A stretch of DNA of 64,000 bases, from contig CM069141.1 in the NCBI GenBank assembly GCA_035221665.1, forward strand, positions 36,766,001-36,830,000, read 5' to 3'. The position numbers and the translations under genes are program-made. Under the pieces are notes generated by a model that saw only the letters and a list, made by a program, of their open reading frames with translations, was not told the origin of the DNA and did not search any database. This DNA comes from Okamejei kenojei (lineage: Eukaryota). Below are positions 38,895 through 51,163 of the stretch, piece after piece (within the stretch, counting starts at the first letter, position 1; the number at the start of each line of letters is the position of its first letter).

Positions 38895-39494
38895 GATCCC
38901 TGTCACATGGGAGGCCTGGTCCTCCAACGCAACCCGTTCCTCAATGCAATATTCCACCACTCACCCATAGCCCCCACGGGAGGCCAGGTCCCCCAATGCA
39001 ACCCGTTCCCCAATGCAATATTACACCACTCACCCATAGCCCCCACGGGAGGCCTGGTCCTCCAACGCAACCCATTCCCCACCACAATATTCCACCACTC
39101 ACCCATAGCCGACAACTGTGCTGGGGCTGCTCATTCCGCCTTATTCATCGTCCCTCATTTTTAAACTTGAAATAAAATACAATTGTACTTGCTGGCTAGA
39201 AGAACTCAGTGTTCTGTGACTTAAAAAAAAACATTTGAGTCACCTAGCAGGACTCAGTGTACTTGGATAGCAACAAAGTTGCGAGCAGGGCTACAATCCC
39301 ATTGTGACATCACAGCTGTAAGCACAGGAAATAAGCAGTTATTTTTTCCAAGTTTTTGAACATTTTGATTAATAACAAGAAATAATGCATGAAATTTTGA
39401 GACGGCGGTTTGGACTCCACAGGATATATATCTATCGGAATATGTAAAACTTTTACCGTTAGCACGTTTTTTCGAGAAGATGAGAACACACACA

Positions 39495-39525
<31 letters not shown>

Positions 39526-40685
39526 AACAGTTCCCCAACGCAATTCCCCAACGCAATATTCCACCACTCAACTGTTTCCCCCAACACAACCCATTCCCCC
39601 AAAGCAATATTCCACCACTCACCCATAGCCTCTAACTGCGCAGGCGTGACTCATTTCCCTCATCCCCCAGCACTCCCCCCCCCTTCCTCTTCATGTGTGG
39701 GAGGGGAGGAGGGGTGTGGGGGTGTGTGTGTGCAGGGGGGTGGAGGTAGGGCAGAGAGCATGGTGTGGGGGGAGAAGGGGGCGGGGGTGTGTGGGGAGGG
39801 GGTGTGCAGGAGGGGTGTGTGGGGGAGGGGGCTGTGGGGAATGGGGTGTGGGAGAGGGGGGATGTGGGAGAGGATGGAGGGGGTGTTGGGGAGGGGGGTG
39901 GTGGATGGGGGTGGAGGGGGGTGGGGGGTGGAGGAGGGGGGTGTGTGGGAGGGCGGTTGTGGAGGACAGAGGGTGTTTTGTGGGGGAGGGGGCATGGGGA
40001 AGGGGGTGGAGAGTGTGGGGGAAGGGGGGAAGAGGGGTGTGGGGAAGGGCGGATTGTGGGGAGGGGGGTGTGGGGAAGGGGGGGTGGGGTTGGGGGAAGG
40101 GAGTGTGGAGGGGGGTTTCTGGAAGGGGAGTTTGGGGAAGGGGACATGATGGGGGGGATGGGGGAGGGGGATGTGGGAAGGGGGGGTTGCAGCAGATGCA
40201 GCTCACCTTCTGCTCAGCCCGCACCTTCAGCTATCGGCCTCACGCCTCACGCAGCAGCTCCCGGTCCCACTCCAACTTCACTCAGAGGCTTCCGGTTCAA
40301 CTTAACAGCGCCTGGCTCGTCGTGCTCGTCGCCACAGAAGCAGCCCGCACGCTGCTCTCTGCCCGCATGGCTTGTGGACTCAATCAGTGGGGCTCGTGGA
40401 CTCAGCCCCGTCTCTGGGGTTTTATTCTCCTCACTCCGGTGATTGATAGTGGGTGCTCGAAGTTGCGTTACCTTCATGGTGATTGACAGGCGAGAAGACC
40501 AATCTGCTAATCTCACTTTCGTAATATTCCACCGATCTGAACAAAACGTGGTGCGCTTGGAGCAGAGGACAACGATGTGTAAGGTGGCCAAAAAATCCTA
40601 GCGATATAGGGTACCGGTTTTGTGTAAATTTAAAAACAGCGCAAACCAGAAGAGGACACGATGAAAGTTTTAGTAATAGTATAGA
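38895..40685 (-). mobile_element. Composite Helitron-like element (two tandem units, 3' tip missing)
   Basis: Minus-strand 5' end TCTATACTATTACTAAAAC at 40685 beside a (GATA)n run; subterminal CCCCAACGCAATATTCCACCACTCACCCATA motif at 38909-39110 (69 bp x3) and 39530-39630, shared with the ends at 37250-37300 and 42370-42430. Confidence 0.65.
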
Positions 40686-40869
40686 TAGATAGAAGATAGA
40701 TAGGTAGATAGGTAGATAGATAGGGATAAGATGAATTAATGCAGAATGGAGATGATAGGAAATGGGTCATTGTTATAGTTCATGTGAATTTTCAGAAAGT
40801 ATATTTTAATGTGGCTTTCACTGGAATGTTAAAATTCATGGCCAAAAGGCTTCTTATTATTAAAAATGG

Positions 40870-41273
40870 ACAAATTGCTGGAGTAACTCTGCAGGATAGG
40901 CAGCATCTCTAGAGAAAATGGATAAATGATGTTTTGACTGAGAGTGAAAAAGAGGTTGGGGGGGGGGGGGTTGGGAGAAGGAGGAGACAGATTACCTCAA
41001 GCAGGGTGGTTGCCTGATAAGCCAACTTTTGTCTAGAGACAGTGTGATCATAAAAGGGATACATAGTTAAAAACTATGGAACTGGTTAACTGACTTTTAG
41101 TGGTGGAAGGGGGTAATAGAAGTTACCAAAACTAGAAAACCATACCCCTGGGTTGCAAGCTGCCGAAGTGAAATATGAGGTCCTAATTTGCATGTGGCCT
41201 CATCCTGTCAATGGAGGAAGCCCAGGACAGAAAGGTTAGTCCCATGATTACATTGCAACTTCTCCTGCATCTC
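40870..41273 (-). mobile_element. Penelope 3' fragment next to the gap
   Basis: GCTGGAGTAACTCTGCAGG terminal motif; LSVLGFLH..LIFHFGSLQPRG remnant. Confidence 0.7.
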
Positions 41274-41455
41274 NNNNNNNNNNNNNNNNNNNNNNNNNNN
41301 NNNNNNNNNNNNNNNNNNNNNNNNNNNNNNNNNNNNNNNNNNNNNNNNNNNNNNNNNNNNNNNNNNNNNNNNNNNNNNNNNNNNNNNNNNNNNNNNNNNN
41401 NNNNNNNNNNNNNNNNNNNNNNNNNNNNNNNNNNNNNNNNNNNNNNNNNNNNNNN
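41274..41455. other. Assembly gap (182 N)
   Basis: Run of n characters. Confidence 1.
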
Positions 41456-42181
41456 TATTTTCTTCCAAATGCTAGGCCACAGCTTCCCATTTTCACACAT
41501 TCTACTCACATTTTTCCCGTCGAGGCAATAAATATCTTCCCGTCACATTCCCACCTATATTTCCAAACTTTGAAAATCGTTTAAAGATTAAAAAACAGCC
41601 CTGAAAACTCACCCATTTCGGAAAAATAACCCTGAGTTGACGTCGCAAGGCAGGACGGGACACCCCGGGAAGGAAGGGCACTCCAGTGCTCGTGTGGCGG
41701 TGGCTGCCGGCGACCATCGCCTGACAGGGAGGGTGGTGCTGGAACAGGAGTGAGGGCTGAGCCCGGGGCTTGGGATGGGGCCATGACCGAGGCCGAGAAA
41801 GAAGCCGCCGCTGGTACCAAGGACGGGCCTGGGTCCGTGGTCAGGGAGGAGCCTGGAGATGAAGTCATAGCCTGCACTATAGCCCAGGCGGCGGCCAAGC
41901 TGATGACTGGAGTCTACAGCCAGGGCCAGGCCAAGTACGAGAACCAGGCCGAGTTCCGGGCCCTGGAGCTGCTCTACAACCTGGGTAGGTCCTGGGGCAG
42001 GGAATGGGTGTGAGGGGAGGTGGATGAGGGAAATGAGGAGTGAGATGGGGTGGGGAGTGGGGTGGTGGTGGGAGATGGCCCCTTCCTATCTATCCTAACT
42101 CCAACCCTCTCTTCCCCCTTCCCTCTCTACACCCCTCCCTCTCTACACCCCTCCCTCCCTCTCTCCCTTCCCTCCCCTCTA

Positions 42182-42233
<52 letters not shown>

Positions 42234-42455
42234 TGTCTGTCTCCTTCCCTCTCACCCTCTCCCTCTCTACCAGCCCTCCAAGTGATTGAAGAGAGAGGGT
42301 GAAGAGGAGGGTGTGCTGGGCGATGAGGAGAAATGAGCCGCGCCTGCACAGTTGGGGCTATGCGCGAGTGATGCAATATTGCGTTGGGGGAACGGATTGC
42401 GTTGGGGTTATGGGTGAGTGGTGGAATCTTGGGTTGGGGTCTACACTTGGTCTAG
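41456..42455 (+). mobile_element. Helitron-like element (5' end in the gap) carrying an exon-like cargo
   Basis: Ends GCAATATTGCGTTGGGGG..GGGTGAGTGGTGGAAT..CACTTGGTCTAG|T, homologous to the 3' end at 37350. Confidence 0.7.
41899..41984 (+). pseudogene. Captured SAC3D1-like (SAC3/GANP family) exon fragment
   Basis: LMTGVYSQGQAKYENQAEFRALELLYNL-G followed by donor G|GTAGGT; resembles the vertebrate SAC3D1 segment Y..G.yPnQ.eFqaL.LLYNLG; high GC3 codon bias. Confidence 0.55.
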
Positions 42456-42639
42456 TCATCAATATAAATTCATTGGTCATTCATCAAATTCTTGTTTTTA
42501 TTTTTCCTATGTAAAACAACTTTGCTGCACTTCAAGAAATTTCCGTTTCAGAGGGGCACAACGAAGGAATATGCAAGTTATTTCTTCATTTACACTTGCC
42601 CTTTAATGGAAGCACTAGGAACTGATGGAATCTTCTGTA

Positions 42640-42805
42640 GAACACAGAGTGCTGGAGTAACTTAATAGGTCAAACAGCATCTGTGGAGGTCATGAATAGG
42701 TGGCATTACAGGTCAGGTCCCTTCTTCATTCTGAAACATCACCTTTCCATATCCTCCAGAGATGCTGCCAGACCTGCTAAGCTACACCAGAACTTTTGTT
42801 CTACC
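42640..42805. mobile_element. Degenerate palindromic Penelope-derived element
   Basis: GTAGAACACAGAGTGCTGGAGTAAC ... CCAGAACTTTTGTTCTAC inverted arms. Confidence 0.65.
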
Positions 42806-43169
42806 CCTTTAATGGAAAAGGCTATATTGTTAAAAGGTTTGTGATTACATGACAGTTTAGAATAATAATGGAACGATTTGGGGGCAATAAAATACAAGGA
42901 ATTAAATGATGCTATAAATATTTCCATTACTGAAAAGATAAAAGTAAAGCAGTTTTTTAAATAATGTCTTTCCTTCGAATTGTGGCATCAGGGAATGACA
43001 CCAGTACCGACAATAGGGTGAACTCACTTGATTCATTTTAGTTACAGTGGTAAGGAATTCCAGGACTACACGGGGGTGCTGTCTCTCACAATCGGAGCAC
43101 ATGGGTAAATGACACTGGCAATCTCAGGCTTGTCAGCAACTTCATCTTGATCTTCAAAGGAGGAGACAT

Positions 43170-43853
43170 GTGTCACAAGGGAACAGGTTCAAGGATCTGA
43201 CTTGTAGAACAGAAAAAAAGGCACACTCGTCCATTAAGTTACAAATCAGTTTTATTGGCACGAGAGAGAACAAAGACAGTACTTGTCTCGGTATGTGCGG
43301 GGCCCGTTTTACAGCAGCAAACCTCCCTCTGTCTCCGTCCGCGGCGCTGATTGCAACCCAGCCCGTCGATGAACCGCTCTCGTCAAGAACTATTTCATGG
43401 CTTACCGGCGCCTGCCTTTATACAGGCAGAAATCAGTCGTTGAAATAACTGCCAGTAAGTCCTGGTCAATAGCACTGCACCCAAATTCAAATTACAACCA
43501 AATTACACGGGGACTGCATCCGAGCGAGACCCCCCCCCCCCCTTGGAAAGCGCTATCAGCCGCAGACTTGGCGAGCAAGGTACTACACACAGCGCTATCA
43601 GCTGCAGACCTGGTGCGTAAAGCAATACACATAGCGCTACAGACTTGGTGTGCCAAATGTAATACACACTGCACTGATTTGGTGCGCAAAGTTTAAACAG
43701 AGCACTGTCAGCACTGCACGTGGGGCGTTAAACAATGTTCTGTCGACTGCAGTGATATGGTTCTTAATATAGTGCTACCGGCCACAGCGCTATGGTCTTT
43801 AAACATAGCGCTATGGGTCTCAGACTGTTCGGGCAAAATTCTTGTATAACACA
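43170..43853 (-). mobile_element. Probable solo LTR with U3 tandem repeats, apparently nested in another LTR-like repeat (about 43045-44204)
   Basis: Minus-strand TATAAA at about 43422 and AATAAA at 43256-43251; about 42-bp repeats (AGCGCTATCAGC.GCAGAC) at 43549-43730; TG/CA ends plausible but no clear TSD. Confidence 0.45.
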
Positions 43854-44756
43854 ATGGCAATCTCAGGCTTCTTCCTGCAGTTCACCCTTGCTTCAAGAGG
43901 CGCTGATGGTACTGGTTTCTTCCTGGTGGCTCAGCTTTGGCCTTGAAGAGGTAATGCTGTCATTCTCTGGATTATCCTGGCAGCCAGTCATTGCCTCGGC
44001 GAATGGGCACAGTCCCTTTCAGATTTCTCCCAGTATGTCTCTGGCTACAGGGTTTTATAAGAGTAAGCTGACAATTCAAATGACCAAGCAATCTCAGCTA
44101 ATTACCAGCACTTACTGGGGATAATGCTGAGGATTAGCCTCTCCTGGCCAGTTAGCCAGTTAAAGGGATCAGAGCAACATCCAAGGGAGAAGGTGCTGTC
44201 ACTGAATCCAGAATAATTAACGGCTGCCGTGGATTTTAAATTCAGTTAATAATCTGGAATGAACAGCAATAAGTCCACAAAACATTGTAATATCATAAAG
44301 AAATATCTATTTATCTCATATTCTTCAGAGGATGAAATCTACCATCCTTACCATCTCTCCTATATGCGATTCCAGACCTCGAGCGATGTGATTGACTCTT
44401 ATTTACTCTCTGTAATGAAAACACAGCCTCAAAGTGCATCATAACCCCCTCTATTAAAATGGAAAAAGGGATAAAACTGGATGCATCTCCTAACCCAGTC
44501 AACTTTGCAAAGAATTCATCATATTCATTCAGGGACCAGTGTCACAACATGACGAGCTATCCCACAAACCAGTGAAGCATCAGAATCATACCTTGCAGTA
44601 ATGTGTCACATTCCTCCACTGCAATCGCTGGGTAGATGTGATCTCACTGATAGAACAGACCTACCAGGAGAAGCAATACAGAGAAAACAAGCTGCCATGG
44701 AAATGCTCAGCATTGACTCCAAACTCATGATGTCTTTCAGCATTTGGAGAAGCATA

Positions 44757-45178
44757 GAAAAGACTAGGCTTGTATTGAAAAGACTAGGCTTGTATTCACT
44801 GGAGTTTAAAAGGATGAGGGGCAGTCTTATAAAATTATAAAAGGACTGGACAAGCTAGATGCAGGAAAAATGTTCCCAATGTTGGGTGAGTCCAGAACCA
44901 GGGGCCACAGTCTTAGAATAAAGGGGAGGTCATTTAGGACTGAGCTGAGAAAAAACTTTTTTACCCAGAGAGTTGTGAATTTTTGGAATTCCCTGCCACA
45001 GAGGGCAGTGGAGGCCAAATCACTGGATGGATTTAAGAGAGAGTTGGATAGAGCTCTAGGGGCTAGTGGAGTCAGGGGATATGGGGAGAAGGCAGGCATG
45101 GATTATTGATAGCGGACGATCAGCTGGCTCAAAGGGCTGAATGGCCTCCTCCTGCACATATTTTCTATGTTTCTATGT
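44757..45178 (+). mobile_element. CR1 3' end
   Basis: RLGLYSLEFKRMRG..MFPMLGESRTRGHSLRIKG..FFTQRVV; (TTTCTATG)n tail. Confidence 0.9.
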
Positions 45179-45472
45179 TACTACTGCTTACCACACAGTG
45201 CCCTCCCCAGACTAATGATTTGAGGCCCACAGGAGCCGTTGGAAGTGAAGGAGGGGGAGGAGCGACACCCGACCGGTAAGGTTTAAAATCAAGCGCGGGG
45301 CTTGTTTTTACCTAAATCCATAACATTCCATTCAGAGAAGTTTTTTTTTGTTGAGGAAGCCGCCAATTGGTGGGAAGTGGACTAGGGTAAGCAGCTGATT
45401 GGCAGTCAGATTCCAGCAGTTTGTTGTGTACTTTGTATTGTGTTGATATTGTATCCTGTGTAAGGGGGGAGT

Positions 45473-46399
45473 ATGAAGGCCAGGGCAGTGTACTGTTCTG
45501 GATGTCAGATGTGGGAGGTCAGGGAATCTGATAGCCCTCCAGACATCCACATCTGCGCCAGGTGTGTCGAGATGGGGCTCCTAAAGGATTGTGTTAGGAA
45601 CCTGGAGCAGCAGCTCGATGATCTCCGTCTGGTCAGGGAGAGTGAGGAGGTCATAGAGAGGAGTTACAGGGAGGCAGTCACTCCCAGACCACAGGAGGCA
45701 GACAAGTGGGTCACGGTTAGGAAGGGCAAGAGGCAGGGGCTAGAGAGTACCCCTGTGACTGTACAACTGGAAAATAGGTACTCGGGTTTGAGTACAATTG
45801 GAGGGGACAGTCTACCTGGGGGCAGCAACACCGGCCGGGTCTCCAGCACAGAGATCGGCCCTGATGCTCAGAAGGGTAGCACAAAGAGGAGGACAATTGT
45901 AATAGGGGACTCTATAGTTAGGGGGTCGGATGGGCGATTCTGTGGACGCAGTCGGGAAACCCGGATGGTAGTTTGCCTCCCTGGTGCCAAGGTCTCGCAC
46001 GTGTCGGAACGTGTCCAAAAGATTCTGAAAAGGGAGGGAGAGGAGCCTGCTGTTGTGGTACACATAGGTACCAATGACATAGGCAGAAAAAGAGATGAGG
46101 TCCTGAAGGGAGAATTTAGGGAGTTGGGGGGAAAGTTAAGGAGAAGGACCAAAAGGGTAACGATTTCAGGATTACTGCCTGTGCCGCGTGACAGTGAAAG
46201 TAGGAATGGAATGAGGTGGAGGATAAATGCGTGGCTGAGGGACTGGTGCAGTGGGCAGGGATTCAAGTTTCTTGATCACTGGGACCTCTTTTGGGGAAGG
46301 CATGATCTGTACAAAAAGGACGGGTTGCACTTGAACCCGAGGGGGACCAATATCCTGGCAGGGAGATTTGCAAAGGCTACTGGGGAAACTTTAAACTAG
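45473..46399 (+). CDS. CR1 ORF1p: N-terminal Cys zinc finger, coiled coil, SGNH/GDSL esterase-like domain
   Basis: 308 aa open; CSGC..CARC; VIGDSIVRG, HIGTNDIG, DGLHLN motifs. Confidence 0.9.
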   Translation: MKARAVYCSGCQMWEVRESDSPPDIHICARCVEMGLLKDCVRNLEQQLDDLRLVRESEEVIERSYREAVTPRPQEADKWVTVRKGKRQGLESTPVTVQLENRYSGLSTIGGDSLPGGSNTGRVSSTEIGPDAQKGSTKRRTIVIGDSIVRGSDGRFCGRSRETRMVVCLPGAKVSHVSERVQKILKREGEEPAVVVHIGTNDIGRKRDEVLKGEFRELGGKLRRRTKRVTISGLLPVPRDSESRNGMRWRINAWLRDWCSGQGFKFLDHWDLFWGRHDLYKKDGLHLNPRGTNILAGRFAKATGETLN

Positions 46400-46445
46400 A
46401 AAGGCTGGGGGGAGGGACTCGGGTAGAGGGGGCTAGGGGCAGGGT

Positions 46446-49340
46446 GTGGGGCAAGAGGCAGAGAAGGGAAGCACTCGGACCCAAAATGTAGGCGAGAAAG
46501 AGGAAAAAGATAATAGACAGAGAATAAGGGATGGTGAGTTTATAAAATGGGTATATTTTAATGCTAGGAGCATTGTAAGAAAGGTGGATGAACTTAGAGC
46601 CTGGATTGACACCTGGAAATATGATGTTGTGGCAATCAGTGAAACATGGTTGCAGGACGGCTGTGATTGGAAACTAAATATTCCAGGATTTCGTTGCTTC
46701 AGGTGTGATAGAATTGGAGGGACCAGAGGTGGAGGTGTTGCATTGCTTGTCAGAGAGGATATTACAGCAGTGCTTTGGCAGGATAGATTAGAGGGCTCGT
46801 CTAGGGAGGCTATTTCGGTGGAACTGAGAAGTGGGAACGGTGTAGCAACACTTTTAGGGGTGTATTATAGACCGCCAAATGGGGAGCGAGAATTGGAAGA
46901 GCAAATATGTAAGGAGATAGCAGATATTAGTAGTAAGCACAAGGTAGTGATTGTGGGAGATTTCAATTTTCCAAAAATAGACTGGGAAACACATTCTGTA
47001 AATGGGCTGGATGGTTTGGAGTTTGTAAAATGTGTGCAGGATAGTTTTTTGCAGCAGTACATAGAGGTATCGACCAGAGAAGGGGCAGTGCTGGACCTCC
47101 TGTTAGGAAATGAGGCAGGTCAGGTGACGGAGGTATGCGTTGGTGAGCACTTCGGGACCAGTGATCATAATACCATTAGTTTCAATATAATTATGGAGAG
47201 AGTCAGAACTGGACCTAGGGTGGAGATTTTTGATTGGAGAAAGGCTAACTTTGAGGGAATGCGTAAGGATTTTAAAAGGAGTGAATTGGGACATTCTGTT
47301 TTATGGGAAGGATGTAGAAGAGAAATGGAGGACATTTAAAGTGGAAATTGTAAGAGTACAGAATCTTTATGTCCCTGTTAGGGTGAAAGGAAATAGTAAA
47401 AATTGGAAAGAGCCATGGTTTTCAAGGGAAATTGGACACTTGTTTCGAAAAAAGAGAGATATCTACAATAATTATAGGAGGTATGGAGTAAATGAGGTGC
47501 TAGAGGAATATAAAGAATGTAAAAAGAATCTTAAGAAAGAAATTAGGAAGGCTAAAAGAAGATATGAGGTTGCTTTGGCAAGAAAAAGGTGAAAGTAAAT
47601 CCAAAGGGTTTCTACAGCTATATTAATAGCAAAAGGATAACGAGGGATAAAATTGGACCATTAGAGAGACAGAATGGACAGCTATCTGCAGAGCCAAAAG
47701 AGATGGGGGAGATATTGAACAATTTCTTTTCTTCGGTATTCACCAAGGAGAAGGATATTGAACTATGTGAAGTAAGGAAAAAAAGTAGAGTAGCTATGGA
47801 AACTATGAGATTCAAAGAGGAGGAAGTACTGACACTTTGTGAAAAAATATAAAAGTGGATAAATCTCCAGGTCCTGATAGGATATTCCCTAGGACATTGA
47901 GGGAAGTTAGTGTAGAAATAGCAGGAGCTATGACAGAAATATTTCAAATGTCATTAGAAACGGGAATAGTGCCGGAGGATTGGCGTACTGCGCATGTTGT
48001 TCCATTGTTTAAAAAGGGTTCAAAGAATAAACCTAGCAATTATAGACCTGTTAGTTTGACGTCAGTGGTGGGTAAATTAATGGAAAGGATACTTAGAGAT
48101 AATATATATAAGCATCTGGATAAACAGGGTCTGATCCGGAACAGCCAACATGGATTTGTGCCTGGAAGGTCATGTTTGACAAACCTTCTTAAATTTTTTT
48201 GAAGCGGTTACTAGGGAAATTGATGAGGGTAAAGCAGTGGATGTTGTCTATATGGATTTCAGTAAGGCCTTTGACAAGGTTCCCCATGGAAGGTTGGTTA
48301 AGAAGGTTCAATCTTTGGGTGTTAATGGTGGAGTAGCAAGATGGATTCAACAGTGGCTGAATGGGAGATGTCAGAGAGTAATGGTGGATGGCTGTTTGTC
48401 AGGTTGGAAGCCGGTGACCAGTGGGGTGCCTCAGGGATCTGTGTTGGGTCCACTGTTGTTTGTCATGTACATCAATGATCTGGATGATGGGGTGGAAAAT
48501 TGGATAAGTAAGTATGCAGATGATACTAAGATAGGTGGTGTTGTGGATAATGAAGTAGATTTTCAAAGTCTACAGAGAGATTTGGGCCATATGGAAAAGT
48601 GGGCTGAAAGATGGCAGATGGAGTTTAATGCTGATAAGTGTGAAGTGCTACATCTTGGCAGGACAAATCAAAATAGGACGAACATGGTAAATGGTAGGGA
48701 ATTGAGGAATGTTGTGGAACAGAGGGATCTAGGAATAACTGTGCATAGTTTCCCTGAAGGTGGAATCGCATGTAGATGGGGTGGTAAAGAAAGCCTTTGG
48801 TGTGCTGGCCTTTATAAATCAGAGCATTGAATATAGGAGCAGGGAAGTAATGTTAAAATTGTACAAGGCATTGGTGAGTCCAATTTTGGAGTATGGTGTA
48901 CAATTTTGGTCGCCTAATTATAGGAAGGATGTCAACAAAATAGAGAGAGTACAGAGGAGATTTACTAGAATGTTGCCTAGGATCCAGCAACTATGTTACA
49001 GAGAAAGGTTGAACAAGTTAGGTCTTTATTCTTTGAAGCGCAGAAGGTTAAGGGGGGACTTGATTGAGGTCTTTAAAATGATGAAAGGGATAGACAGAGT
49101 TGACGTGGATAAGCTTTTCCCATTAAGGGTAGGGAAGATTCAAACAAGAGGGCATGACATGCGAATTAAGGGACGGAAGTTTAGGGGTAACATGAGGGGG
49201 AACTTCTTTACTCAGAGGGTGGTGGCTGTGTGGAATGAGCTTCCAGCAGAAGTGGTGGAGGCAGGATCGATTTTTAACATTTAAAAGTAAAGTCAATTGG
49301 TATATGGACGGGAAGGGAATGGAGGGGTATGGTCTGAGTG
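46446..49340 (+). pseudogene. CR1 ORF2 (APE endonuclease + reverse transcriptase), frameshifted as assembled
   Basis: [51 protein letters not shown]; about 6 frame switches. Confidence 0.9.
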
Positions 49341-51163
49341 CAGGTAGATGGGACTAGGGGAAAACAAATGGTCGGCACGGACTGGAAGGGCCGAGAGGGC
49401 CTGTTTCCGTGCTGTAATTGTTATATGGTTATATGTTATATGGTTATTATAAGCTAATTGAACAAGAATTGGAAAAAGCGCTGAAAATACTAAGGAGAGT
49501 GTTATAGCTGGCAGTTGGAATTCAATGGCTTGTACCTCCACCACTAAGCAAGCTCATTGAGCCTTGAAGTTCATGGCTACCAGAAAAGGAACTATGGTGG
49601 GAAGTGAATAGACATATACTGTAAGAAAGTCCTGAAAATATACAGACATAGGCTGATGAGTGTCAAATAATATTTGTTCTATAAAATTACCAGGCAATTA
49701 TGGTATCCAACAAGAGAGAGACTAATCACTTACCTTTTACGTTCAATTATATTATCATCACTCAGTTCCCTGCCATCAATGTGCTGGAAATGACGTTGAC
49801 CATTCTGTGGCTATAGGAGCAATGCAAAGACAAACTATCTTGTGACAAGTGATTAATTTCCTGATACAGAAAGCCTTCCAATTTTCTATAATACTCTTCA
49901 CTTACCTAGAAGAGTACAGCTCTACAAACACACAAAGGGCTCAGATTCAAAAAAGTCAAAGACATTCTGATTAACATCACATCCATCCACCGCAAGATAT
50001 CTATCCGTCCGTTAATGTCGCAACGTTCCATCTACAAAATATACCAAATTCTCTCACCTAGGACATGTGAACACCCCTTCTACCAATCTGTGAAAAAAGG
50101 GATAATGGGCAGCAGGTTCATGGGGAACACCACAGCTTGCAGTTTCTCTTACATGTTGCAAACCATACTGACTTGAAAATATTTTACTAGGTCAGGTTTA
50201 CATCCCGGAATTCCCTACCCAATAACATTATGGGGGGGTGGTTCCTGCTGTAGATATCTATGTGGTGAATGACGATTTCCGTGGACATTGTTTTAATATT
50301 TCCTTCTAGTTTCCATTGATTTGGTGACGCAGTCGGGAATGAAACAATAATACGGGTGTGTGAGATGAGGGGGTGAAATCTGATTCCTGTGTACATGCTT
50401 CCTCTCATTGGCACCATAGAATCACTTGTCTGCCAGCCCGTGTAATTAAAAAGTCCATCTTGAAAAATGTCATGCTCTTTCAGATATTGAATGTGCCTTT
50501 ATGGCATTTTCTGATTTTACATTGCAATACATTTACAAGCAGAAATTAATTATTATTTCAAATGACTAACATTACTTAGAATTCATTTCATCAAAATGCT
50601 AATCATATTTCGACACATTGAATTCCCGGTTATACGCAGCAGGCTTACTATAGGTGAGCTTGTGGTTTATTCAAGTAAAATAAAGCATTCACACAGTGCG
50701 TGGCCATCACAGTTCCCATGGAAACTCTAATTGTTGCCAAGACAATCATGGACCTTACAATCAGTAGCAATAAGACAAAGAGGCTGCTGGATAATGAAAT
50801 CCAATAATCTTTTAACTTACGTAAAGATGACAGAAGTTAATTAGATACCTAAAATGTCTAAGTGCACCAAAATTGTTGAGGAAATATTCATTTTTCCAAC
50901 AAAAATAACAGACACTGTTTTATATTTATAACAATAGAGAAAATAACATAATTTATGAGACATACATTTTCAGGAACTTTGACCAAAAGAATCAGCACAT
51001 CTTAAAATTGAAATAAGCAATTTGCTTTGGCAACCATACTACCATTAACTTGTTCTAATTCCAGAAAGGATTTCAGGACATATCTAAAGGGGAACGCTTC
51101 ATATTGACCAAGTTATGAAGTGCGCAAGAGGTAAAGAATGAAGACCAATTAAGTATTAAGTCT

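Larger units (their letters stand above)
45230..49448 (+). mobile_element. Full-length CR1 LINE (second family)
   Basis: 5' UTR, intact ORF1, ORF2 (APE + RT) in frameshifted pieces 46446-49284, (TTATATGG)-type tail. Confidence 0.95.

Noticed and set aside
39632-40486. Pro/Gly-rich ORFs up to 263 aa
   Set aside because: Same compositional artefact in a G-rich tract.
41183-41531. ORFs spanning X residues
   Set aside because: Artefacts of the N gap.
44757-44796. 20-bp tandem duplication at a CR1 5' junction
   Set aside because: Common by-product of 5' truncation; no further significance evident.
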